A stretch of DNA of 58,829 nt, counting the filler, from an uncultured bacterium (lineage in GTDB: Bacteria; Auribacterota; CAZIXI01): the NCBI GenBank assembly GCA_964543115.1. It is 3 parts of 3 records of this genome, joined end to end, with 100 filler letters (N's around TTAATTAATTAA, not from the genome) between each part and the next. Parts side by side here need not be neighbours in the genome. Positions count along the whole stretch, not along the records: positions 1 to 19,857 come from CAZIXI010000036.1; positions 19,958 to 39,605 come from CAZIXI010000037.1; 1 more part is not named here. The stretch is one strand, 5' to 3'. The notes beneath the pieces are model-generated. The model had not been told where the DNA came from. It saw only the letters and a list, made by a program, of their open reading frames with translations, and made no database searches. The position numbers were made by a program, and so were the translations under genes. Positions 9,572 through 19,958 of the stretch are shown here, in pieces (positions within the stretch are counted from its first letter, which is position 1; each line of letters opens with the position of its first letter).

Positions 9572-10822
9572 TTACATTTTTCTGTTGAGACTGAGGATGC
9601 GAGCATGTATTTCAGATTTCTTTGGCGTATCAGGAACCAACCGCAAATAACGGTTATAATAATAAACCGTCCTTTGCACATTATCGGTTTCATTATCATA
9701 GAGCACTGCCAGATTGTACACCGCCTGGGCATTACTAGGGTCCTGGCGCAATAAACGCTGGTACATCCGGATAGCATCTCCTATCCGCCCTTCTTTGGTA
9801 TAGATTATCGCCAGATTATAAATCGTTCTTTCCTTTTTCGGGTCCAGGTTCAGCGCCTTCTGGTAATGAAAAATACTTTTTTGAATATAAAAGCCTTTAC
9901 CATAACGCTCCCCCTTATCATTGTATTCATAAGCAACACCCAGACCCTGCTGCGCCTCAACACTTTTGGGATTTATTTCCACGGCTTTTTCGTAATTTTC
10001 CTGCGCTTCCTGGTATTTTTTCTCATCCAGGTTCTTTTTACCAAGATAGCAATAGCGCATTGCCGGATTGGGCATTGCCAGTTCCGTATACTCTGTCTGA
10101 CTCAACGCCGTATCGTCTCCCAAATGTTTAAGGAAAAACTGCGCCCGCTGGTTATTGGGATTCATTTCACTAACCTTACTAAAGGCCTTGCGGGCTTTGT
10201 CTACTTTCCGCTGATTATACAAAAGCACACCAAGATTATATTGGGCATCTTCCTGATTATGATCCAGCTTTACTGACTGCTGGTACTGCTTCAGGGCAGC
10301 AGCGGCATCACCTTGCTTCCAGTAAAGCCAACCCAATAAATTCAGGGCTCCCACTTCCTGCGGGTGTTTTTCTAACGCCACGCTGAGAACACTAATCGCT
10401 TTATCGGTTTTTCCCTGATCTTTGTCAATTAATGCCAAATTATACCGCGCATAATAATTGTACCTGTGTTCCGAATCCTGTTTATCCAGCATAGCGGCCG
10501 CTTTTTCATAAAATTCAGCGGCTTTGTCTAAAGCGCCGGTTTGTTGATAACATACTGCCAATTGATAATATACCCGGCCGTCTTCGGAACCAGATTTGAC
10601 GGTCCTCTCCAGCTCGGGAATCGCCTGCTGGTAATCACCTTTCTGATACAGGATTCCGCCAATTACCGCACTATCGGTTCCCTGATAAGTACGGTCCCAC
10701 CAGCGGAGGTATTTTTCACTCTCATCGGTACGCCAGCCCCTACCCTTGGCCCAAAGCTGCGCAGTTAAACTAAGAGACATTACCACCACTAAAAGCGACA
10801 TTGTCAATCTCGCGGAACGCAT
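9572..10822 (-). CDS. Exported tetratricopeptide-repeat protein
   Basis: Signal peptide; repeated TPR motifs (YYQLAVCYQQTG, AQYNLGVLLY, YNLAIIY). Confidence 0.85.
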   Translation of the reverse strand: MRSARLTMSLLVVVMSLSLTAQLWAKGRGWRTDESEKYLRWWDRTYQGTDSAVIGGILYQKGDYQQAIPELERTVKSGSEDGRVYYQLAVCYQQTGALDKAAEFYEKAAAMLDKQDSEHRYNYYARYNLALIDKDQGKTDKAISVLSVALEKHPQEVGALNLLGWLYWKQGDAAAALKQYQQSVKLDHNQEDAQYNLGVLLYNQRKVDKARKAFSKVSEMNPNNQRAQFFLKHLGDDTALSQTEYTELAMPNPAMRYCYLGKKNLDEKKYQEAQENYEKAVEINPKSVEAQQGLGVAYEYNDKGERYGKGFYIQKSIFHYQKALNLDPKKERTIYNLAIIYTKEGRIGDAIRMYQRLLRQDPSNAQAVYNLAVLYDNETDNVQRTVYYYNRYLRLVPDTPKKSEIHARILSLNRKM

Positions 10823-10897
10823 ACATACCTCCCTGTTATGGGTTTTAGAAAAGCTCGTTAAGTCCAGAAGCTAAAATGATAAAATATCCTTTTGTTA

Positions 10898-10926
10898 TTG
10901 TCAATTGTTTGTTTATATAGTATAAT
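10898..10926 (+). promoter_or_regulatory. Sigma70-type promoter TTGTCA-N17-TATAAT
   Basis: Near-consensus -35/-10 with 17-bp spacer. Confidence 0.65.
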
Positions 10927-10933
10927 TATTCTT

Positions 10934-11194
10934 ATGAAAGATGAAAAAATGAAAGCAATGTTCCTGGGTATGGGGCTTGACGGAAAAGATGGGCATGTCC
11001 GGATTTCCCGGGGGGAGAATTTCTGGCTTTACGGCGGATCTGAACCTACCCATGAACAGATGCGTGAAAAAGTAATCAAATTTAACGAACAGCTTGATAA
11101 ACGCGGCAAACAACTGGAAAATATTTCTCAAAAGGAATTTTCTGATATTGCTGATAAGGTGGGTTTTAAGTGTATTGATCCGAACAGCAACTAA
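10934..11194 (+). CDS. Small conserved hypothetical protein (GMGLDGKDGHVRISRGENF...GGSEPTHE)
   Basis: Protein-like ORF behind a clear promoter; start moved to ATG 10934 (alternative 10949) because the ORF-track start lies upstream of the promoter. Confidence 0.7.
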   Translation: MKDEKMKAMFLGMGLDGKDGHVRISRGENFWLYGGSEPTHEQMREKVIKFNEQLDKRGKQLENISQKEFSDIADKVGFKCIDPNSN

Positions 11195-11496
11195 TCGGTT
11201 TTCTCTTTCTTCTCTTTCTTCTCTTTTTTGCCTTTCTTTTCCGTCTTTTCTTTTTTTCCTGAATCACTACTCGCGCTGCCGGAAGTGTCTTTCTTGGCCG
11301 CTTCCTGATAGCTTTTACTGCGGTAATCAGTAATATAAAAACCGCTTCCCTTAAAGATAAGCCCGGCTCCCGGCCCAATCAGCCGCTTTACCGGACCCTG
11401 ACAGTCAGGACATTCACTCAACGGCTGTTCACTCATCGACTGAAACAGCTCAAATTCCTTCCCGCACTTATTACATTTATAATCATATGTCGGCAT
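11191..11496 (-). CDS. FmdB-family zinc-ribbon protein with Lys/Glu-rich tail
   Basis: MPTYDYKCNKCG...CPDC...FKGSGFYITDY signature. Confidence 0.92.
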   Translation of the reverse strand: MPTYDYKCNKCGKEFELFQSMSEQPLSECPDCQGPVKRLIGPGAGLIFKGSGFYITDYRSKSYQEAAKKDTSGSASSDSGKKEKTEKKGKKEKKEKKEKTD

Positions 11497-11498
11497 AA

Positions 11499-11537
11499 TT
11501 CGATTTCGGATTTCGGATTTAGAATTTTAAGATTTAA
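11499..11537. repeat. Degenerate 7-nt tandem repeat (GATTTCG-like)
   Basis: TTCGATTTCGGATTTCGGATTTAGAATTTTAAGATTTAA in the grpE-FmdB spacer. Confidence 0.6.
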
Positions 11538-11558
11538 GCTGCTGGATGCTTGACCCTA

Positions 11559-12086
11559 TTATTGGCCGCTGGAAACAACAACTGTTGCCGGCCGTAAAAC
11601 CCGTTCCACGATCCTGTAACCGGGAAGCAACTGTTTGATTATCGTATCCTGAGAGTATTCTGCTGACGATTCATGACTGACCGCATCGTGTTCGTGCGGA
11701 TTAAACTTGTCACCGGGAGCAGCGTTTATCGGCAGCACTTTGGCGTTCTTGAGAATATCCAGGAACTGTTTCTCTACTAAGCCAATCCCTTCACATAATG
11801 ATTGATAATTGTGGTTCTCCCGGCCGCTGGCCAGGGCCCGCTGCAAGTTATCCAGAACCAAAAGCAGATCAAAGATAAATCCTTCCAGCGCATACTTGCG
11901 AAACTCTTCTTTATCTTTGGTTATCCGCTTACGGAAATTTACGAACTCTGCCTGCAAGCGCTGCAGCTGATCTAAATACTCGTCGGCTTTTGCCGCCCGG
12001 TCGCGTAAACTGCTTACCGCGGGTTTTAAACCGCTAAGTATTTCCGTTATTCCGCTTTTTCGTTCCTCTGCTTTCTTTCTAGACAT
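11559..12086 (-). CDS. grpE: Nucleotide exchange factor GrpE
   Basis: LQRLQAEFVNFRKR, LDNLQRAL, FNPHEHDAV, GYRIVERVLRPATVVV. Confidence 0.95.
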   Translation of the reverse strand: MSRKKAEERKSGITEILSGLKPAVSSLRDRAAKADEYLDQLQRLQAEFVNFRKRITKDKEEFRKYALEGFIFDLLLVLDNLQRALASGRENHNYQSLCEGIGLVEKQFLDILKNAKVLPINAAPGDKFNPHEHDAVSHESSAEYSQDTIIKQLLPGYRIVERVLRPATVVVSSGQ

Positions 12087-12107
12087 ATCGTTATCCTTTC
12101 TTAAAAT

Positions 12108-12140
12108 CAGGGCCTGACTGATAATACCGGCCAGGCCCTG
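12108..12140 (-). terminator. Hairpin (CAGGGCCTG/CAGGCCCTG) between groEL and grpE; terminator or stabiliser
   Basis: 9-bp inverted repeat just after the groEL stop; weak U tract. Confidence 0.45.
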
Positions 12141-12162
12141 TTTATTCTTCTAACAGCTGGGT

Positions 12163-13882
<1,720 letters not shown>

Positions 13883-13895
13883 TTAACACAATCTA

Positions 13896-14183
13896 TTATT
13901 CAACTATTCCAAGAACGTCTTCTTCTCTCATAATAAGATATTCTTCACCCTCTATTTTAATCTCGGTGCCGGCATAGGATGAAAAAAGTATCCGTTCACC
14001 CTGTTTTACGTTTAAAGGAATCGTCTTGCCGTCATCGGCAACTCTTCCTTTTCCGGCAGCGATAATCTTACCTTCTTTTGGCTTCTCTTTCGCTGAATCC
14101 GGCAGAACTATTCCCCCCTTGGTCTTTTCCTCGGCCGCCAGCCGCTGTACCAATAAGCGATCCCCTAATGGTCTAATCTTCAT
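13896..14183 (-). CDS. groES: Co-chaperonin GroES
   Basis: [34 protein letters not shown]. Confidence 0.99.
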   Translation of the reverse strand: MKIRPLGDRLLVQRLAAEEKTKGGIVLPDSAKEKPKEGKIIAAGKGRVADDGKTIPLNVKQGERILFSSYAGTEIKIEGEEYLIMREEDVLGIVE

Positions 14184-14236
14184 ACTCCATCCTCCTTTCG
14201 TTGTTTACAAAACAACAATTTGTTTGCAGTATTAGA

Positions 14237-14253
14237 AGCAAGTATTATGCCAA
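14237..14253 (-). promoter_or_regulatory. Sigma54 -24/-12 promoter TTGGCATAATACTTGCT upstream of groES
   Basis: Matches TGGCA-N6-TTGCW, correct orientation, ~55 bp before the start. Confidence 0.7.
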
Positions 14254-14383
14254 CTTCGCCCGTGACCGTATTCCCCTATATACCAGCATCTTAGGAAATT
14301 TGCTTTTTTCGCTACTGAGCAAATTTGCCCCAGCTGTGTAACCGGCCTGTCCCAATAACGGAAGTTGCAGCAACCTAAAGTAA

Positions 14384-14410
14384 CGGGCCCCGACAAGTCG
14401 GGGCCCCTAC
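14384..14410 (-). repeat. GTAG-type REP palindrome (GTAGGGGCCCCGACTTGTCGGGGCCCG)
   Basis: Direct inspection. Confidence 0.75.
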
Positions 14411-14428
14411 TGTAAAGAGCATTTTCAT

Positions 14429-14457
14429 TTGACGGTTAGCCTGAAAAATGATAATAT
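14429..14457 (+). promoter_or_regulatory. Sigma70-type promoter TTGACG-N17-TAATAT
   Basis: Spacing and position before the RBS of the FecR gene. Confidence 0.5.
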
Positions 14458-14483
14458 TTGTCAAATCTAACAAGGGGGGAAAT

Positions 14484-15188
14484 ATGATTATGAGAAAGTT
14501 ATTATTAATAATTTATATTATAAATATTTTATTCATGCCTGTAAGTATTTATGGACAAAAGGTTAAGACTCAGGGGGAATTCGCTGTCCAGCTGGCTAAG
14601 GCTATCGGCATGGAAATGCCTACCGACGATTATATTGCTCAGCTAAAAGAACAGGGTATTGCTCCTGAAGGAGGCTGGCAGCCGAATAAACCAATTACCA
14701 ATCAAGAAATGGCCTCTCTTTTAGTCACGGCCCTGGGCCTACAACAAGAGGCGGCTAAACGAACTGAAGCCAAAGTTGAGCAAACCTATCGCGACCGGGC
14801 AACCATTCTAAACATAGATGGTGACGTCCAGGTTAGACTCACTGAAGAAGACACCTGGATTAAGGCAAAGGTCGGCATGAAACTATCACAAAAGGCCTCC
14901 ATAAAAACAGGGTCCGGAGCCTGGGCGGAATTGCGTGTCGGCATGGTGGGCGCAATCAAGGTTAAAGAAAATACGGAATTATCACTGCTGGAACTATCTT
15001 CCTCTTCCGATGGTTCGGAAAATATCATCCTCTACATGAACGTCGGCGAACTGCTTGTTGATGCCAGAGGAATTGATCCCGATTCCGATTTTCAGGTGCG
15101 CACACCCACTACTGTTGCCGGTGTCCGGGGCACTATTTACACAATAACTGTCGCTGAGGGACTAACGGAATTAAAGGAAGCAAGATAA
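14484..15188 (+). CDS. Exported protein with SLH-like N-terminal region and FecR domain
   Basis: Signal peptide; GI..GWQPNKPITNQEMASLL resembles SLH; IKTGSGAWAEL and VRTPTTVAGVRGT are FecR motifs. Confidence 0.75.
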   Translation: MIMRKLLLIIYIINILFMPVSIYGQKVKTQGEFAVQLAKAIGMEMPTDDYIAQLKEQGIAPEGGWQPNKPITNQEMASLLVTALGLQQEAAKRTEAKVEQTYRDRATILNIDGDVQVRLTEEDTWIKAKVGMKLSQKASIKTGSGAWAELRVGMVGAIKVKENTELSLLELSSSSDGSENIILYMNVGELLVDARGIDPDSDFQVRTPTTVAGVRGTIYTITVAEGLTELKEAR

Positions 15189-15236
15189 CTCGCTCCGCTC
15201 GCGACTTTTAAGAATAAACTCTAAATAGTTCTCTAA

Positions 15237-15288
15237 CGCAGAGGTCGCAAAGAATTAATTATATATTAACATTCTGTGGCCTCTGCGA
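15237..15288. repeat. Imperfect inverted repeat (CGCAGAGGTCGCAAAGAAT ... ATTCTGTGGCCTCTGCG)
   Basis: Direct inspection; related to the element at ~58125-58217. Confidence 0.55.
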
Positions 15289-15345
15289 TTTTTCTACGCG
15301 GGCAAAGCCCGTTTGCGCTCTAAAAAGTTATTCACAAAAAAATCT

Positions 15346-17184
15346 ATGAAAAAAACTGCGGCAGAAAAGAAGGCCGGCGGCAACGCTTACCTGAACAGCA
15401 AATTGTTCACGCTTGTCAACCTCGTAATTTCCCTACTTGTCGTCGGAATAGTTTTTGTTCTGGTCACCTTCCACATTCTGGAAAAGATGGAATTAAACAC
15501 TGTCGATCTTCGTTTTAAGTTCCGCGGCGCGCAAAAAACCTCTCCCGACATCCTGATGGTAGACATTGATGAAGACAGCCTCAGCCATATCGGCTGGTGG
15601 CCCTGGTCACGTGAATGGCACGCCGGGCTGATCTCTACCCTGAAAGAGAACAATGCCAAAATTATCGCTTTTGATATATTTTTCAGCGAACCCAATCCAC
15701 TCGTAGATTTCTTCCTGATTGAAGCGACGCGGATGTCAGAGAATGTACTCTTTGCCCTGGCCTTTGAACAAGGGATCGACCCGACAACAGACCAAGCGGA
15801 AGCGGAAGACGAAGAACCTTCAGGTACGGCAATAGAAGACGCCTGGACAATTTCTCCTTCACAAATCTACGGCAACAAATCTCTCATCCCGGAAATGGGC
15901 AAGATGATAACTCCACTCTCTGAGCTATATGAAGCTGCCCATGGCGTCGGACATGTTAATGCTATTCCGGACATCGACGGGGCCATACGAAAAATTCCCA
16001 GTATAATCAAATGCAAAAATAAATATTATTTTCATTTTGCCATTGAAGGGGCAATTAAGTTTCTCGGCCTGGATCAAAAGAAGATAAAAGTTATTCTGGG
16101 TAAATATATTGATTTGGGAATGACTCCCCTCGGGCCTATCCGCATTCCCATTGATAAAGGAGGATTTATCTGGGTTAATTGGGCCGCTCCCTGGGGAAAA
16201 GACTTTAAACATTATCCCTATTGGAAGGTGGTCGCCTCCTATCAACAAAAATTGAAAAATAAGGAAACTCTCATCCCCCTTGATGTTTTCAAAGACAAAT
16301 TCTGCCTGATCGGCTTAACGGCTACGGGCTTAATCGATATCAAGCCCATGCCGCTGCAGACCTCTTATCCAATCGTGGGGTTGCACTCCAACATGGTGAA
16401 CACGATCTTACAGAAGAATTTTATCCGGGAAGCCGGCCAGCCGATAAACTTCACGATTATTCTTATCCTGGCAATTATTATTAGTCTGGTTATTCCCCGG
16501 TTCCGGCCGGCGGGCGGTTTCTCTTTCGCCATTATTCTGATCGCCTTCTATATCCTCGTCGCTTACGCGGTGTTCAGATTCGCCGGTATTTTAATTAACG
16601 TTATTTACCCAATAACTGCCGTATCGCTTAATTATGTCGCTGTCACCATCCACAGTGAAATCGTTAATCTGCTGGAAAGAGGCCGCCTTTACCAGCTGGC
16701 TATCCAGGACGGGCTGACAAGGCTCTATGTAGTGCGCCACTTCAAGGAGATCCTTCAACAGGAAATGGACCGGACGGCCAAACAGAATCTTACTATCTCG
16801 GTAATCATCAGCGACATTGACCATTTTAAACACGTTAACGATACCTACGGACATTTGGTGGGTGATTTTATCCTTAAACAGACGGCCAACGTATTTCAAT
16901 CCAGCTGCCGGGAAGGCGATGTAGCCGGCCGTTACGGCGGTGAAGAGTTTGTAATTATGCTTCCGGAAACCAACCTGCAGGGAGCAGTGGAATTTGCCGA
17001 ACGTTTAAGGGCGTTAATTGAAAAGGTGACTTTTGAGTATAACGATCTGAAACTGAATGTAACTATCAGCTTTGGCGTAGCGGAATTTAAGGGCGAAAAA
17101 ACTCCCGCCGAATTAATCAAACGGGCTGACGAGGCCCTCTATGTAGCTAAAGAAACCGGCAGAAACAAGGTCTGCTTTAATTAG
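15346..17184 (+). CDS. CHASE2-domain membrane diguanylate cyclase
   Basis: WPWSREWHA, DIDGAIRKIP, YPIVGLHSN (CHASE2); three TM helices; DIDHFKHVNDTYGH and RYGGEEF (intact active site); RxxD REGD just upstream. Confidence 0.92.
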   Translation: MKKTAAEKKAGGNAYLNSKLFTLVNLVISLLVVGIVFVLVTFHILEKMELNTVDLRFKFRGAQKTSPDILMVDIDEDSLSHIGWWPWSREWHAGLISTLKENNAKIIAFDIFFSEPNPLVDFFLIEATRMSENVLFALAFEQGIDPTTDQAEAEDEEPSGTAIEDAWTISPSQIYGNKSLIPEMGKMITPLSELYEAAHGVGHVNAIPDIDGAIRKIPSIIKCKNKYYFHFAIEGAIKFLGLDQKKIKVILGKYIDLGMTPLGPIRIPIDKGGFIWVNWAAPWGKDFKHYPYWKVVASYQQKLKNKETLIPLDVFKDKFCLIGLTATGLIDIKPMPLQTSYPIVGLHSNMVNTILQKNFIREAGQPINFTIILILAIIISLVIPRFRPAGGFSFAIILIAFYILVAYAVFRFAGILINVIYPITAVSLNYVAVTIHSEIVNLLERGRLYQLAIQDGLTRLYVVRHFKEILQQEMDRTAKQNLTISVIISDIDHFKHVNDTYGHLVGDFILKQTANVFQSSCREGDVAGRYGGEEFVIMLPETNLQGAVEFAERLRALIEKVTFEYNDLKLNVTISFGVAEFKGEKTPAELIKRADEALYVAKETGRNKVCFN

Positions 17185-17282
17185 ACAGTTGACCTTTGGA
17201 TCATTATCGTAAAATTTTCGGCACACATTCGTGCGGGCAACATTGGATCTTAAGAAAGGATTCTTTAAGCGGTAGATTTCTT

Positions 17283-18512
17283 ATGGGAAATAGCTCCGAA
17301 CATCGCGAATCGAAAAGCACTAAATCGCTAGGTGACGCACCCCCTTCCTCGATCACGCCAGCGGATCCCGTCGGAAAACAAATAGGCGATTACACGTTTA
17401 GCCGCAAAATCGGCCAGGGCGGGATGGCCATTGTCTACGAGGCCCGCCAGAAGTCATTAGACAGAAATGTTGCTATAAAAATCATTACCGGTGATTTTTC
17501 CGAAGAACCAGAATACCTTGAACGGTTCCGCCGTGAAGCCCGGGCCGCCGCCAACCTTAACCACCCGCATATCGTCGCTATCCATGAATCCGGCCAGTGG
17601 GGAAATAACTACTATTATGTAATGGATTATGTTCAGGGTAAAACAATCGATGAACTTATCGAAAATAAAAAACATGAACTGCTGCGCAGTGCCCGCAGTT
17701 TCAGCATCGAAGAGACATTGCAGATGATCGAACAGGCTGCCCAGGCGCTTGCCTACGCGCACAAATCCGGAGTAATCCACAGAGATATAAAGCCAAGCAA
17801 CCTTTTAATTGACGATAAAACCAGCCGGGTCTTGATTACTGATTTTGGGCTCGCCCGTTCAAAACGCTGGGAGAAAATCACTCCCCGGGCCAGCCTGTTC
17901 GGCACTCCCGCCTACATGAGCCCCGAACAGGCACAGGGTAAAGAGGTTGATCTGCGCACCGATATCTATTCTCTGGGTGCCGTACTTTACGAAATGCTTA
18001 CCGGCGAGTGCCCCTACCCGGGAGAAAACGCCCTCCAGGTAATAGAAAAGGTTAAAACCGAACCACTGGCCTCACCAACTAAACTGAATCCCACGGTACC
18101 GGCAGCAGTTGAATCAATGATTTTTAAAGCAATGAGTAAGGACATCCAGCTCCGGTATCAATCAATGGATGAATTGTTAGTTGATATACAGAAATTCCGT
18201 TCCGGCCTGCGGATTTCTACTTTTATAGAAATAGCTAAACACAGAGTCGGCAAGAAAAAGAAGATCACCCTGGCGGTCCTTTATACACTCATCGGCATAT
18301 TAAGTATCCTGGCCGTAAGTTTCTGGTGGTTTTATCTGAACGAGGTATTGGAAGAACGTTCAACCAAAAGACAGCTGGAATTGGCACATAACTATGAAGT
18401 GGGCGGGCTAATCGATGAAGCAAGACAGATTTACATAAAGATTATCCATAATGAATATGGAACCGAGTATTCCCAGATAGCCAGGAAAAGGCTCGAGCAG
18501 CTGGAGAATTGA
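17283..18512 (+). CDS. Hanks-type Ser/Thr protein kinase with one TM helix and short C-terminal TPR-like tail
   Basis: IGQGGMAIVY, VAIK, HRDIKPSN, DFG, GTPAYMSPEQ. Confidence 0.93.
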   Translation: MGNSSEHRESKSTKSLGDAPPSSITPADPVGKQIGDYTFSRKIGQGGMAIVYEARQKSLDRNVAIKIITGDFSEEPEYLERFRREARAAANLNHPHIVAIHESGQWGNNYYYVMDYVQGKTIDELIENKKHELLRSARSFSIEETLQMIEQAAQALAYAHKSGVIHRDIKPSNLLIDDKTSRVLITDFGLARSKRWEKITPRASLFGTPAYMSPEQAQGKEVDLRTDIYSLGAVLYEMLTGECPYPGENALQVIEKVKTEPLASPTKLNPTVPAAVESMIFKAMSKDIQLRYQSMDELLVDIQKFRSGLRISTFIEIAKHRVGKKKKITLAVLYTLIGILSILAVSFWWFYLNEVLEERSTKRQLELAHNYEVGGLIDEARQIYIKIIHNEYGTEYSQIARKRLEQLEN

Positions 18513-18515
18513 ATT

Positions 18516-18543
18516 GCGGGCGGACACAGAGGTCCGCCCCTAC
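18516..18543 (-). repeat. GTAG-type REP palindrome (GTAGGGGCGGACCTCTGTGTCCGCCCGC)
   Basis: Between convergent genes; its TAG is the stop codon of the 219-aa gene. Confidence 0.8.
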
Positions 18544-19199
18544 TCTACCTGCACAATTGTGGGCTGGGCACTTTCATCAGCACTGGGCGCAATTAATTGC
18601 GTTACACTTTCATCAGGCATTTGATACGGCGTCAGAGCTAATTGAATATCTAAGTCAAACACAATTGACACATCCACATTTTCCCCTTCAACAGCAGTAA
18701 TTCCTCCCGGAACTAGCACAACTTCATCAAAATAGTCCGGAAGGTCAGCATCTCCAGTGTCCGTCATCTTTATATCCTGACACATGGCTTCGGTGGGCTG
18801 GGTGGCACTGGAATTAGTCTGCGTTAAGGCTACTGAAGGATCCGTATAATAATAAAGTCCGTCCCCTTCATTATAAAGCCAACCGTTAACAGTGGTCCAT
18901 TGAGTGGAGCGCACCTTAACGTGGGTTACTGTACCTTCCGGTATTGGCTGATCTAAAAACGTACTCACCGTAGTATTGAGATCATCACCCTGGGCAATAT
19001 CCACGGTAACAGCATTGTCCTGCGGCGGGAGTAGCTCAATGAATGATGTTCCACTGTCATAGGATATCCAAAAACCAAGTATACCGGCCTCATACTTATA
19101 AAGACCGACAGTGCCTGCTTCATTCTCATAGGCAAATACGCTCGTGGACAATAAAACTAAGAAGATCACTGCCTGAATAAAAATCACTTTCCTCTGCAT
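18540..19199 (-). CDS. Secreted acidic hypothetical protein (possibly DUF4382-like beta-sandwich)
   Basis: Signal peptide ending VFA; AGGAGG RBS; DUF4382 resemblance (IPEGTVTHVKV) is weak. Confidence 0.6.
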   Translation of the reverse strand: MQRKVIFIQAVIFLVLLSTSVFAYENEAGTVGLYKYEAGILGFWISYDSGTSFIELLPPQDNAVTVDIAQGDDLNTTVSTFLDQPIPEGTVTHVKVRSTQWTTVNGWLYNEGDGLYYYTDPSVALTQTNSSATQPTEAMCQDIKMTDTGDADLPDYFDEVVLVPGGITAVEGENVDVSIVFDLDIQLALTPYQMPDESVTQLIAPSADESAQPTIVQVE

Positions 19200-19295
19200 A
19201 AATATCCTCCTTGGTTATAATTCTTCTCTAAGAGAAAATATTAATCTCGCGCGCTTCAAATCAATTCATACACAGCAGATGAAATATCTAAGTTA

Positions 19296-19857
19296 TTAAC
19301 TCCTGCCTGCGTAGACCCTCATAGTAGACGGATTTACCGCGCCTTTACTGCAATGCCCCCCAATCGATTCTATCCCGCCTCCATTCCAGTACATCGCCCG
19401 TTCGGCAATGATGCCCACACTGCCGGCCGCTTGTACTTGTGTGGAAACCCCGGGTTTATTGTTCATGCCGGTAACGGCATTAATGTTTCTACTATAGCGG
19501 CTGTTAGCCGATACAGTGGCGGTTTCCTGCGCCGTATTGCCGTTAGTATCCATATAGGTAAAAGTAACCTCGGCATCTGTGGGACTAGGATTCTGCACCA
19601 GGACCCAGGTATAATAGCCGATGGTGGAACCTTCAGCCAGATACCAGGTAGGCATTGTTCCCGTTACCCCGGCACTACAATGCCCGCCGGCCGATTCAAT
19701 TCCACCAGCATCCCAATACATCGCCCTTTCGGCAATAATTCCCACTCCATTAGTGGATTCCACTTTTGTGGAAACACCGGACTTATTGTTCATATCACTA
19801 ACCGCGTTAATATTTCTGCTGTAGCGGCTGTTGGCTGCCACTTCCGCGGTTTCCTGC
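19296..19857 (-). CDS. C-terminal fragment of a WYLAEG-repeat (DUF5719-like) protein, 5'-truncated by the contig end
   Basis: TWYLAEGST...QNP...AERAMYW...GGHC; frame open to the spacer. Confidence 0.85.
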
Positions 19858-19957
19858 NNNNNNNNNNNNNNNNNNNNNNNNNNNNNNNNNNNNNNNNNNN
19901 NTTAATTAATTAANNNNNNNNNNNNNNNNNNNNNNNNNNNNNNNNNNNNNNNNNNNN
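19858..19957. other. Artificial contig spacer (44 N + TTAATTAATTAA + 44 N)
   Basis: Six-frame-stop linker in N padding; identical structure at 39606-39705. Confidence 0.97.
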
Positions 19958-19958
19958 T

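Noticed and set aside
11195..11260. CT-rich microsatellite or Arg/Lys-rich ORF 11166-11378
   Set aside because: It is the coding sequence of the Lys/Glu tail of the FmdB protein; the other ORF is an alternative frame.
14184..14330. CIRCE operator upstream of groES
   Set aside because: No TTAGCACTC-N9-GAGTGCTAA match; the inverted repeat present has a different sequence and 13-bp spacer.
19902..19913. TTAATTAATTAA as a biological motif
   Set aside because: Assembly linker flanked by exactly 44 N on each side, occurring twice.
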